NCBI RefSeq assembly: GCF_001194135.2
Contig: NC_069003.1
Coordinates: forward strand, 34,510,303 to 34,550,726
Direction of reading: 5' to 3'
Length of the DNA stretch: 40,424 bases
Source of the DNA: Octopus bimaculoides
Taxonomy: Eukaryota
In this document: piece by piece, positions 23,649 to 35,323 of the stretch
Layout: each line of letters begins with the position of its first letter
How positions within the stretch are numbered: the first letter of the stretch is position 1
The notes under the pieces: generated by a model
The model's database searches: none
Seen by the model: only the letters and a program-made list of their open reading frames with translations
What the model was told of the DNA's origin: nothing
Made by a program: the position numbers and the translations under genes

Positions 23649-24260
23649 TGTGTCTGTTAGAGCGTACTATACTGCAGTATATACCGTGAGAAAAAGTCTC
23701 ATGCTGTCTTTTGGCGCAAAATGCACTCCTGTTTATATCTCTACCAGGGAGATAAATCCCCGTCAGCCACAGCACCGAGGCCACCGAGTTCGCGCAATTT
23801 CGGCCTTCCTTGTTCTTGTCAGCGATGGACGCGCGTCGCTTTAGAAATAAATGTAAATAATTGCATGCAAACATTGGGCTTTAAAAATCATTTGAAAAGA
23901 AAAGATTTATAATCTGATATTTACACGCTGTTATTTTGTAGCTTATATCTGCTTCGAGTTTCACATTTTCCCCACAAAAACGATTTTTTACACATCACAG
24001 ACACACAGACACACACACAAACATGTACATGCATGCATAGACACACACACACACACACACACAAATACACACATGCATGAATATGTATATACATACACAC
24101 AGACATGTATACCTTCATATAAATTTCGGTGCTCTTTCATTTGCATAAATTTAAATGCCTCTAGAATTCATGCTGTTTTGGTATTATATTTAAAATCACA
24201 GACCACTTTCATAAATTATACACCAAACTATTCAAGTATTTGAGTACTATTACAAACAAA

Positions 24261-24318
<58 letters not shown>

Positions 24319-24989
24319 NNNNNNNNNNNNNNNNNNNNNNNNNNNNNNNNNNNNNNNNNNNNNNNNNNNNNNNNNNNNNNNNNNNNNNNNNNNNNNNNNN
24401 NNNNNNNNNNNNNNNNNNNNNNNNNNNNNNNNNNNNNNNNNNNNNNNNNNNNNNNNNNNNNNNNNNNNNNNNNNNNNNNNNNNNNNNNNNNNNNNNNNNN
24501 NNNNNNNNNNNNNNNNNNNNNNNNNNNNNNNNNNNNNNNNNNNNNNNNNNNNNNNNNNNNNNNNNNNNNNNNNNNNNNNNNNNNNNNNNNNNNNNNNNNN
24601 NNNNNNNNNNNNNNNNNNNNNNNNNNNNNNNNNNNNNNNNNNNNNNNNNNNNNNNNNNNNNNNNNNNNNNNAGGAAACTGAGTAAACACAAAATATTATT
24701 GATAACATCATTGATCTATTATTGGTAAATGACAGGAATTGTTTCAGCTGTTCATACGAAATTCATTTAGTATTGTTTCCGAGTAGAGTTTCTGCAACTC
24801 GACGTTGGACGCGATCAATAGTTATTTGTGTTGCCACTCGTGGCTCATTGCGAATTTTGTTGTGAAGGACGATCAAACAATCGTTGAGAGGTTAAAGAAC
24901 AAGGGGCAAGTATTGCTTTCTTTTTACTTTCGTTTTTTTTTGGTGTGGGGGGGGGGTATAGATACATTCAGACTTCCGAACATCTAATT

Positions 24990-25191
24990 CACTCTTTCTC
25001 TCTCTCTTTCCTCTCTTTCCTCCCTTCCCTGTGTCCCTTCCCCTCTCTACCTACCTACCGATCTCTCTCTCTCTCTCTCTCTCTGTCTACCTGTCTGTCT
25101 GTCTGTCTGTCTGCCTGCTTGCCTTCCTGCTTGCCTGCATGCCTGCTTGCCTGCTCACCTGCTCACCGCTCTAATAATGATGATGGTAATG

Positions 25192-25246
<55 letters not shown>

Positions 25247-25290
25247 CAACAACAACAACAACAACAATAATAATAATAATGATAATAATA
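24990..25290. repeat. (CT)/(CTGC) tract and (AAT)/(AAC) microsatellite
   Basis: Direct reading. Confidence 0.95.
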
Positions 25291-25470
25291 AGCACCTGGA
25301 AATTAAAACGGGAACTGTTCTTGTTATTGTAGGTGCCTAAGGTATGATAAAAAAGGGATGTCAGAAACATCTAGATAAGATCCCAGGAGACCCATGTCTC
25401 AGAGAAATCCAAAAGATTGTAATGACAAGTACTGCCCACATCCTTAGAAAACCCTATCTATTTAAATGTC
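25291..25470 (+). mobile_element. 3' end of an RLE non-LTR retrotransposon ORF
   Basis: HLEIKTGTVLVIVGA*GMIKKGCQKHLDKIPGDPCLREIQKIVMTSTAHILRK, matching the PVIVGALG...IQK.VL.GTA.ILRK C-terminus of this clade. Confidence 0.88.
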
Positions 25471-25760
25471 TTGTGTTGTATTACCTGAAGATATTTCGCT
25501 ACTTCCCCTCCCCAAGCTTTCAGTCACACTGTAACATAACAGGTACAATATAACAAGGTACAACATAACAAGTCTGCTGAAAAATACATAACCCAAGGCA
25601 CAAGACTTACAAATCTATATAAGGTGTAGAAAACAATGCTTCTAGGTAAAGCTTTCATATTACTCGGTAGTTTAGTCTTATCTTTGGTAGTTCAGCGTTG
25701 GACTCGATGGTTCCGTGAAAGTTCACTAAAAATAAATATATAAACCTTTAAGCTCTATTT

Positions 25761-26017
25761 GAGTGGTTCTCTACTGGGGTTTGCATGGCCTTTGCGGGGT
25801 CCATATAAGATTTTGTTGCTAAAATTTATATGCAATAAATTGGTTTATTCTTCTACAAAGCACAAAATATTTTAGCAACTTTTATTCTACAGATCCTAAT
25901 AATAGTTAATTTGGAAAAGTATAATAGGATTTTTAAACATCGAATGGCTTTGAGGGTCCACACAAGTGATGTAGAGATCAAAGGGTCCCATAGGAAAAAT
26001 TTGGTTGAGAACCCCTT
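25761..26017. mobile_element. hAT/Charlie-like MITE, copy 1
   Basis: Termini GAGTGGTTCTCTAC ... GGTTGAGAACCCCT. The interior (GTCCA..TAAGATT..GTTGCTAAA...TGCAATAAAT...AAAATATTTTAGCAACTT...ATGGCT.TGAGGGTCCAC) is shared with 35065-35323. Confidence 0.8.
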
Positions 26018-26479
26018 GAAAAGTAACCCTGCTAAGCACAGTAGACATTCTATCCAAGGTGCTCCCATTTCAAAAGCAAAACTTAAACACGAAATTGTGT
26101 AGATTGTATTTGATCTGTTCAAGTCGTTTAGTCAAGTATACTCGGAACACGGAGAACCTTTTATGGCTATTGAAGTGTGGAACCTATTGTACTTTTATAC
26201 GGCTGTACTACTCTGTAATAAATACAGCTTGTTTATATTGAATTCCTCCGACATTTGTGTTTACATAAAATAATGCCGGTGTCGTTTGTGCCGTTGAAGA
26301 GAATGTTTAGTCATTTTTCAATTACTTTGTCGCCTAGGAAACGGAAACGTGAAATTTGCATTGCCATCATCTCGTAGTTTATGAGGAGAATCTGCACAAT
26401 AGGCAGGTGGTTTTGTTATCGAAAGCAACGAGGGGGAGAGGGTGGGATTTTATTAATAAATAATAATTTATATTTCGGT

Positions 26480-26594
26480 GAGAGAGACAGAGAGAGAGGG
26501 AGAGAGAGAGAGACAGAGAGAGAGGGAGAGAGCGAGAGACAGATGAGAATTTTCTAGAGCTCTGCTAAAGGTAGCACAGCTGCTGTTACTGCTG

Positions 26595-26644
<50 letters not shown>

Positions 26645-26664
26645 GGTGCTGCTGCCAATATTAG

Positions 26665-26712
<48 letters not shown>
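26480..26712. repeat. (GA)-rich, (CTA)n and (ATC)n microsatellites
   Basis: Direct reading. Confidence 0.95.
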
Positions 26713-26713
<1 letters not shown>

Positions 26714-27065
26714 TATCAATATTATTATTGTTATGCAAAAACTATTACATGCTGTTTTAATTAGCAGAGATGTTATCCTGAAGCTTTCGGTAGAACAAAT
26801 CTCCTCAAATATCAACAAACCTTTCCCAGGGTTTTTTGCAGAATAAGGGATGACACATTTCTGCAAGTGAGCCGTGTGAATCTCAGTTCTAGTCCCCATC
26901 AGCCTCTTTAGTAGGAATTTGGGTGTAATGCCAAGTAAACCGGATTACTTCAGGAGCATCTTCTTCCCCTTGTCGTCCGTAATCCCGTTATCTCGCTTAA
27001 TCCTAATGTCTCTCTATTTTCTCAATTTCCCTGATATTTACGAGATAATTACTTTATATCCCACA

Positions 27066-27478
27066 TGTCGCTGGCAGAATCGTTAGCACGCCGGACAAAA
27101 GGCTTAGTGGCGTTTCGTCCGTCTTTACGTTCTGAGTTCAAATTCCGTCGAGGACGACTTTGCTTTTCATTCCTTCGGGGTTGATGAAATAACTACCAGT
27201 TGAGTACTGGGGTCAATGTAATCGACTGGCCCCCTCCAACAAAATTCCAGATCTTGTGCCTATAACAGAAAGGGGGATTTATATATGTGGATGTAAAACG
27301 GATGAGCTGGCATTTCGATCGTTTGTGTGTTGAGAGTTCAAATTCCGTCGAGGCCGACATTGCCTTTCATTCTTTCGGGGTCGATAAAATAAGTACCAGG
27401 CTGGATACCAGACTCAATGCAACTGACTTAACTCCCACTGCTAAAACTGCAGTCTCTGTGCCAAAATTTAGAACCATT
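27066..27478 (+). mobile_element. Tandem pair of SINE family A copies (27066-27272, 27290-27478)
   Basis: Both carry GAGTTCAAATTCCGTCGAGG, TTTCATTC.TTCGGGG and a CTTGTGCC/CTGTGCC tail. Confidence 0.9.
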
Positions 27479-27874
27479 ATATACATTAATATAATGTTTA
27501 CATGACATACAATAAATTTTGGCAATAGCAAGAAGTAAAGAAAAGCGGGAAAAAAGGGGCAGAAACAAGCAAAAACGAACCAAATGCGTCCGTTTATAAA
27601 TCAAACAGTGGAGGGTGGTGGTGGTGGAGGGGCTAAAACAATGTTCGTTGGACCGGGATTTGCGTTGGAATACCATAACATGAGTTTAATGTGAGGAGGC
27701 TAACTATCAAATACTATTTGTGCATCAGAAGGGTTGTCGTGTCAAAGGTGAACTCCTTAAAAAAGTCATCCTCGTACTGTTAACGGCCATTAAAATAGAA
27801 AAAGACAAACCTGTGCAAAGGAAGGAAAGGGGGGAGATCAAAGAATTATACACGGGATAGTGTGAATGCGTGTT

Positions 27875-28275
27875 AGAGGTGGTGGTGGTGGTGGGAGTGG
27901 GAGTGGGAGTCGCTGTCGTTACCGTCGTTGTCATCACTGCCGTTGCCATCATCGTCGTCGTCGCCGCCGCCTCCTCCGCCGCCTCCACCNNNNNNNNNNN
28001 NNNNNNNNNNNNNNNNNNNNNNNNNNNNNNNNNNNNNNNNNNNNNNNNNNNNNNNNNNNNNNNNNNNNNNNNNNNNNNNNNNNNNNNNNNNNNNNNNNNN
28101 NNNNNNNNNNNNNNNNNNNNNNNNNNNNNNNNNNNNNNNNNNNNNNNNNNNNNNNNNNNNNNNNNNNNNNNNNNNNNNNNNNNNNCCTCCGCCGCCGCCT
28201 CCGCCGCTGCCGTTGTTGTCGTCACCGTCATCATCGTCGACGCACTCATCGTCTTCGTTGCTGTCGACATCGCCG
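27875..28275. repeat. GC-rich degenerate trinucleotide repeat (GTG/GTC/GCC/CCT) spanning a gap
   Basis: Direct reading. Confidence 0.9.
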
Positions 28276-28639
28276 CCGCCAAATCAAAACACACAAATGT
28301 ACAAGAAGAGAATAAGCATTAAAGAGAAGAACTAATTGAAGAAAATGTTCCAAAAAAGCTCAAATAACTGATTTGGAAGACGGTGGCAGCAACAAGAACA
28401 GCAACACTAGCATTAAGGGCTCTTATGCGATTCCAAAGACTTTAGTCCGTTCTTGTATCAGCTGTGAGAAACCGCAACTGCCTTCAGTACGAAATAAACA
28501 GATGGGAACTTTTTTGACCTGTTACGGTTATAAGAAAAATGTGGGTGGATTTGCAAAACTCAACAGCATTTTTTTGTTACGGAGATAATCCAGAAGAAGG
28601 AAAACAAAAATAATATATATATATTTCTGCTTACAGTTG

Positions 28640-29895
28640 AGATAATGATAACTTTATGGCAATTCTAGGTTCTTTGAAGTTTGTATTTTAGGTCCTGATA
28701 TTTTTTTTTGTCACATTCTTTGTCTCCCATTCTTGCATCAAACAGGCAAGCAATATCGATTAAGCAACACACTCTCTTTCTTTACTGAATACAGCAATAT
28801 CTGTTTGTTCTATTTGTCCATCTGATTGAAGCATCAAATCCCATAATACTTTTACATGGTCATCTTTAAGGATGTGTTTCGTTTTATGCTCATACTATTT
28901 TCCTATATGTGTAAATCCATGTTTTTGTTTTTACAGATTTGTCAATGTATGATTGTAGAAGCTTTCTCATGTCTCTTGTTCTTATAGACTCTCTGGGCAA
29001 GTATTTTGCATTCGCCATTTTGCATTCGGAGACGACATGCACAACTGTCCTTTCTTTTGCTCCGTATCTTTTCTGTTTATGTCCTCACGGCACTCATTGC
29101 TTGTTTCCGCACAGCTTGAATCAATCCCTTTGTCACCTTCTTCAACATTCTCTTCTTTAGCCATTGAAATGTAACTTTCCTCTTCGTTTCGTTACATTCT
29201 TGCATCGATAATCTCAATTTTTTTCTCTATCACCAGTTAACGTATTCTCTCTTCTTTCTGCTACCAAAGACATTTTCTTGCTGCCAGTGACATACTTCCT
29301 TGACCCCTCTAATTTTTATGCTGACCAATCTCTTTTCTCCCTTCTTTCTGTTGAAACACAATCTGTTAACATCTGCCTGTGGTTATAATGCCCCCTTTAT
29401 TACTAGCGTTATCTTCGATTTTCTATCTGCGTTCTCAAGGAATTCCTTTATCCATTTGATGATGCCAGTTGCTACCTGATGATAGCTACGGCTCTTGAGT
29501 TTATGGCAATGATGGTATTAATGCCATTGAGTGTGGATTTTCGTAATCTTTTTATCCCTCGTAATCTCTTTATTTTCGTAATCTCTTTATTCTCTCAAGA
29601 CTTTATCTTTCATTGTTTTAATTTTAATAACACCGGTTTCACAAACCTCCAGATACTCATATTCGTAATCTTTATCAATCGCATGTATCTCACTGTTATG
29701 TAGGTTTATTCCATAACTTTTACAGTATTTCCCTTTCTTCATCACAGAAATTCTACAGTTGACAATACCAAATTCCATTCTGATATCTTTGATAAACCAT
29801 GTCAACAGAATTGACAAAACTTTTCAATTTCTCTCTCAATCTTACTGTATAAGGTGAGATCATGAGATCGCCCAGGAACAGCAAATGATTAACAG
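28640..29895 (-). mobile_element. RLE (R4/Dong-like) non-LTR retrotransposon, decayed 3' ~1.25 kb, collinear with internal deletions
   Basis: In minus-strand order: VNHLLFLGDL (degenerate YMDD region); DIRMEFGIVNC...YEYLEV; ADVNRLCFNRKKG; WQWLKKRMLKKVTKGLIQA; VHVVSECK; KVLWDLMLQSD..IEQTDIAVFSKRKRVCCLIDIACLFDARMGDKE...KYQDL (PD-(D/E)xK-type endonuclease). Confidence 0.9.
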
Positions 29896-29904
29896 TCTTT
29901 TGAT

Positions 29905-29979
29905 CTCCTGCTGCTACTACTACTACTACTACTACTACTACTATAGTTATCACGTTCATTGTCGTCGTCGTCATCGTCG

Positions 29980-30018
<39 letters not shown>

Positions 30019-30424
30019 CCATCATCGTTGTTACACGCAGTCCAAAAATTAATAATATAGTTATCAGAGATGCTTTACTGAGATTTTGGTGACGTAAGTC
30101 TAATCAAATCTTACCTTAAAATGTGTAGCAGTGCGTCTGTGTAAGTAGTTGTAGTAGTAGTGGAACTAGTAAATGTAGTAGTAGTAGTGGTAGTGGTAGT
30201 GGTAGTAGTAGTAGTAGTAGGAACAGTGGTAATTTTGGTAGTATTAGTAGTCGTAGAGTAGCAGTAGTAATAGTGGTGGTGGCGGTGGTGGTGGTAGTAG
30301 TGACAGAAGTCGTAGTGGTAGTTGTCGTAGTAGTATGAGTAGTTGCAGTGGTAGTGTTGGTGGTAGCAGTTGTGGTATTAGTGGTTGGTGTGACAGCGGT
30401 TATACTGGGCAGTAGCAATGATAC

Positions 30425-30463
<39 letters not shown>

Positions 30464-30470
30464 CAGCAGC
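29905..30470. repeat. (CTA)/(GTC)/(ATC) tract (29905-30025) and (GTA/GTG) tract (30135-30470)
   Basis: Direct reading; source of the poly-T ORF 30116-31228. Confidence 0.95.
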
Positions 30471-31204
30471 TGAAGTGTTATTACAGTACACACCAGTGAG
30501 TGACAATAATGTGTGACGTGATTGAGAAGAGACGAGGCTACGCTAACGTCGCAGCGTTGTATGTCTGCTTGGGCATTCATCGATCGATCTTGTACGATAC
30601 GATTGGGTGGTAACGTATGTGTAAATGCACGCATGGGTGCATGCGTATGCGTGTGTGTGTGTGTGTGTGTGNNNNNNNNNNNNNNNNNNNNNNNNNNNNN
30701 NNNNNNNNNNNNNNNNNNNNNNNNNNNNNNNNNNNNNNNNNNNNNNNNNNNNNNNNNNNNNNNNNNNNNNNNNNNNNNNNNNNNNNNNNNNNNNNNNNNN
30801 NNNNNNNNNNNNNNNNNNNNNNNNNNNNNNNNNNNNNNNNNNNNNNNNNNNNNNNNNNNNNNNNNNNNNNNNNNNNNNNNNNNNNNNNNNNNNNNNNNNN
30901 NNNNNNNNNNNNNNNNNNNNNNNNNNNNNNNNNNNNNNNNNNNNNNNNNNNNNNNNNNNNNNNNNNNNNNNNNNNNNNNNNNNNNNNNNNNNNNNNNNNN
31001 NNNNNNNNNNNNNNNNNNNNNNNNNNNNNNNNNNNNNNNNNNNNNNNNNNNNNNNNNNNNNNNNNNNNNNNNNNNNNNNNNNNNNNNNNNNNNNNNNNNN
31101 NNNNNNNNNNNNNNNNNNNNNNNNNNNNNNNNNNNNNNNNNNNNNNNNNNNNNNNNNNNNNNNNNNNNNNNNNNNNNNNNNNNNNNNNNATTATTATTAT
31201 TGAG

Positions 31205-31283
31205 TGAGAGAGCAGTGCATGCCATCAAAGTGACACTGGGGTAAAATATACGAAGCCTATTATACCCATCATGACTACCCGTC
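31205..31283 (+). mobile_element. Fragment of a common octopus interspersed repeat (possibly LINE 3' region)
   Basis: GCAGTGCATGCCATCAAAGTGACACTGGGGTAAAATATACGAAGCC...CCCATCATGACTACCCGTCT recognised from memory only; no second copy in the window. Confidence 0.45.
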
Positions 31284-31339
<56 letters not shown>

Positions 31340-31402
31340 GTGTACAGGTCACTGCTTGGAATCGAACTCGGAATCTTGGGGTTACTAGCCCGCGTTCTTA
31401 AC
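31284..31402 (-). mobile_element. Short tRNA-derived SINE with (AAT)n tail, 5'-truncated
   Basis: Minus strand GTTAAGAACGCGGGCTAGTAACCCCAAGATTCCGAGTTCGATTCCAAGCAGTGACC (tRNA-like arms and B-box GTTCGATTCC), followed by (AAT)n. Confidence 0.8.
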
Positions 31403-31539
31403 AGCAACATTTATATTTTACTGTTTTAAAACTAAGATGAAAGATAAATTGAGCGGGAATTATAACTAGGGGGCAAATATATAACAAAAAAGTCATGAAG
31501 ATCAAAACGTGAGCGTCAATGAACATAGGACTGGGGTAG

Positions 31540-31712
31540 TTTAGAGCAGAAGGAAGTATACAATGAATAATGTAGTCCTAGATACACCATGTCTTCAAAA
31601 AGAAAAGATGGCTGGTCACGGATGGCATGTCTTTGTGGGATTTATTTGACTAAAAGGTGCTCCAACATGGCCGCAGTCAAATGACTGAAACAAGTAAAAA
31701 AGTGAAAAAGAG
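31540..31712 (+). mobile_element. Family D fragment (31540-31625) followed by family B 3' terminus (31635-31712)
   Basis: GAAGGAAG...ATAATGTAGTCCTAGATACAC, then GGTGCTCCAACATGGCCGCAGTCAAATGACTGAAACAAGTAAAA (family B terminus assigned from memory). Confidence 0.65.
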
Positions 31713-32039
31713 AGAATATATATACATACATATATGCATGTATATAAACATATATGTATTTCTATATATAGGTACATGCTTGTGTGTGTACATATGTATA
31801 TAAGTGTGTATTTGTATGTATGTGTTGCGTGTACGTGTGTAGAGGGGTAGGTAGATGGGTAACAAATGTATGTATGAAACGACAGGCAGTGATATACAGA
31901 TTTACGCCATGACACCGAGTCGTATACTATATCATAACTTTCGGACCGAAACATGTGGTAACATTAACACAGAGACACACAGACACACATATAGATATAC
32001 ACACTCACTCGCACACTAAATAAACACGCATACGCATAG

Positions 32040-32087
<48 letters not shown>

Positions 32088-32334
32088 ACGTGTCACTGCA
32101 CGCCATTAATAAACGCACGGATTCATGCAAACAAAGAGAAATACGTAGACTAAAATATGGAAATGAAAAGAATGTTAAACTAGAAAGGAATGGTGAATTT
32201 CGCCTTGATCTTGGAAATCAATCATGTTTTTGTAAAGATCAACCGATTCCACTCCATTTCCGATAGAACTAAAACATAATTCTGAAACATTCTCTAAGCA
32301 TAATTGTTGTGTTCTTTGAGAGAATTCTTTGTTA

Positions 32335-32825
32335 TTGTTGCTGCTGTTGTTGTTCCCTTGTTGTTGTCGTTATTGTTGCTTGTTATTGTTGCTACGTCTG
32401 CAGCTGCTGCTGTTGCTGCTGTTGTTGTTATTGCTATTGTCGCCGTCATTGTTTTTAGCTCCAAGTTAAATCTGATTGAGTAGATTTATGATCAAACGAA
32501 TTCTAGCCGTGACTATTCATCTTCGTTTCTCAAAGTTAAAGTAACTTGGACTATATTATCCAGTCTGTCCTTCCTTCTTCTTAGGCGGCTGAAGATCATT
32601 CAAAATTTCACTGTTATTTCGAGCGTAGCTTCGTTCTCTTTCTCATAGATGTTCTTGTGGCTATCGTCTGGTTTCAGTGCCTTCCTTGTAATTAACAACT
32701 AATTAACCATTGCTAATCATATTTGCAGACATAGTTCAATTACAACTACTCTATCTAATGTGTTTTCTTTCAAAATGTACAGCAGAATAGAATTTCAACA
32801 AGATTTGGCTGTTATTTCTACGGTT
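32335..32825 (-). mobile_element. Family D SINE-like repeat with (CAA/CAG)n tail
   Basis: Reverse complement shares GAAATAACAGCCAAATC, AAGGAAGGA...GATAATATAGTCC and a degenerate GA..TGG.GCTAAAAACAA end with 37280-37450. Confidence 0.6.
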
Positions 32826-32857
32826 AGTGTGAAAATCAACAGCCTGTCGTTATAGGG

Positions 32858-33262
32858 GCAGGTGTTTCTGTGTGGCAAGAAGCTTGCGGCGAGCTGGCAG
32901 AAACGTTAGCGCGCTGGACGAAATGCTTAGCGGTATTTCGTCTGCCGTTACGTTCTGAGTTCAAATTCCGCCGAGGTCGACTTTGCCTTTCATCCTTTCG
33001 GGGTCGATAAATTAAGTACCAGTTACGCACTGGGGTCGATGTAATCGACTTAATCTTTTTGTCTGTCCTTGTTTGTCCCCTCTATGTTTAGCCCCTTATG
33101 GGCAATAAAGAAATAAGAAGCTTGCTTCCCAACCACGTGGTTTCAGGTTTTGTTCCACTGCATGGCACCTTGGGTGTCTCTTACCAAAGCCTCGGGTCGA
33201 CCAAAGCTTTGCGGATGGATTTGGTGGACGGAAACTGAAATAAACCCATCGTGTGTGTGTAT
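32858..33262 (+). mobile_element. SINE family B interrupted by a young SINE family A insertion (32888-33114) with an 11-bp TSD
   Basis: AAGAAGCTTGC at 32877-32887 and 33115-33125. Removing the insert restores TGTGTGGCAAGAAGCTTGCTTCCCAACCACGTGG. Confidence 0.93.
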
Positions 33263-33279
33263 ACATATATACACAGAGA

Positions 33280-33459
<180 letters not shown>

Positions 33460-33783
33460 ATTATTTCGTAAAATCGCGATGATTATTGTACACTGAATCA
33501 TATACACTTCCTTGTCATTCTATCTGCCAGAAGAAATACAGTGAAGCGTGGTTTAATCTGTTAGAAACTCAACAGCAACTAACAAAGCTATTTGACAGCT
33601 TTGGCGATACAAAATAAACAAAATATCTAAAGTCGTACGATGTGTATTTAAGGTTTGTTGAAATATTTGAATGACGGCAGCTGTACATCACCTCTGCAGC
33701 ATCTTAATTCTCTGATTCAATATTTTGATTGTTTCCCTTCATGCCGAACATACGAAAAATTAATGTTAGTCACAGTTGTACTA

Positions 33784-33786
<3 letters not shown>

Positions 33787-33863
<77 letters not shown>

Positions 33864-34410
33864 GTCATTGCCTTTGCACACGTTCTGGCGCTGGAGATGT
33901 ACTACAGTGTCAGCTGTTCATTAGCAGTGAACTAAGGTAACACCTCTTATTTTTCGAGCACCATCCGGAGTATTCGAGCGGTTCCAAGCAGTGCTGTTTT
34001 CTGCAAGTCATCCACCCGTATTGCAGCCCCTATTTGTTCCATGTACTTCTCGAGATTTTTGCTCACTGTTCCCAGGGATTCGACAATTACTGGCACTACT
34101 GCTCCTTTCCTGTACTGTAAGGTTACTCTGATTAGTAAGAACTGTATTTTCATTGTTATCTCTGCTACGATTTTCCATGACCCGTCTTTCGATTGCTTCG
34201 AGCTCTACTTCTGTGAACCAACAGTTTTTTCTTATTACTCTAGCTTGATCACATAGTCTCTGTTCTGTGAGTTGAAACAATCCCTTTTCTCTCCAATGAT
34301 CATACACACGTTATCGATAACCCCTAATTTGAGTACCATTTTCATCTACCGGGCTTCTCAGGTAGTAACACTCCATGAACACAGAATTAATTTGCTTGCT
34401 CCTTCTACGT
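33787..34410 (-). mobile_element. Internally deleted RLE non-LTR retrotransposon with 3' UTR and (TAA)n tail
   Basis: N-terminal block [62 protein letters not shown] joined near 34115 to C-terminal VVPVIVESLGTVSKNLEKYMEQIG...LQKTALLGTARILRMVLEK* (stop 33947-33949), then an ~85-nt UTR and (TAA)n 33787-33862. Confidence 0.9.
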
Positions 34411-35064
34411 GTGGAAAGGGTGTTAAAATAAGAAGGATGTCTGAAGAACAAAGTGAAATAGTTGAGGGTTAAAGAGGAGAAAATCAAGAATCACGTCTCC
34501 AACTTTTAACCAAATTAAACCAAACTAATAGAGTGAAATTGGAATGGCAGCTAAGTCTATTTATTTAAATAACTACGTCGATGGTGTGAAGTCTGATCGC
34601 ACGAGAAGTAATTATGAATCATTTCAGGTTTACAGACTTAATTTACAGACACGGTATCATGAAGTTTCCTGAATCTCACTTTAATGTAACTGATATAGAA
34701 CATTTCCGCCCTGAATTCTTGTGGTGTTTTATCAGCAGACCAGAAATTGTAGCCATTTAAAGAAACACTATTGATTTTCAGAATTACATTTCCTTTAATA
34801 ACATCCTTGTAGACTGTTCTACTCAGTTTCGAGTTATTGTAAACATAATTGTGTAACTTAGTAGCTGTGATACGAGTCATGGAATATATAGATACAGCAT
34901 TATGAATTATAAAGCATGTGACAGTGTTAACCAATGAGTCGTGAATAAAAACTTTTACGATTAGTGAAGAAAAATACCTTTTTTTTTATACAAAAACTTT
35001 TAAAGCAATCATTTTATATTTTGGTTCATATAAAAAGATTCTTAATATTTTGGTTTGTATAAAA

Positions 35065-35323
35065 CAATGGTTCTCAACGGGGTCCGTACGATCCTTGGTG
35101 TCCACGTAAGATTCCGTTGCTAAAGTTAATGTGCAATAAATCAGTTCTTCTACAATGCATAAAATATTTTAGCAACTTCTTTTTTTTATTCAATTCTTTA
35201 AAAATATTTAATTATAAAAATATAAGAATTTTTTTAAAACAAGGTATGGCTATGAGGGTCCACTTCAATAAAATAGGGATCAAAAGAGTCCCTAGGTAAA
35301 AAAAAAATGGTTGAAAGCCACAG
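35065..35323. mobile_element. hAT/Charlie-like MITE, copy 2
   Basis: CAATGGTTCTCAAC ... GGTTGAAAGCCACAG. The 8-bp flanks GTATAAAA and GTATATAG (6/8 identical) fit a decayed hAT TSD. Confidence 0.82.

Noticed and set aside
26100-26275. Open frame IVFDLFKSFSQVYSEHGEPFMAIEVWNLL...
   Set aside because: Weak splice signals and no recognisable homology; the length is expected by chance.
31540-32580. Inverted family D fragments about 1 kb apart as an editing substrate
   Set aside because: The shared region is only about 35 bp and substantially diverged, too short for a stable duplex.
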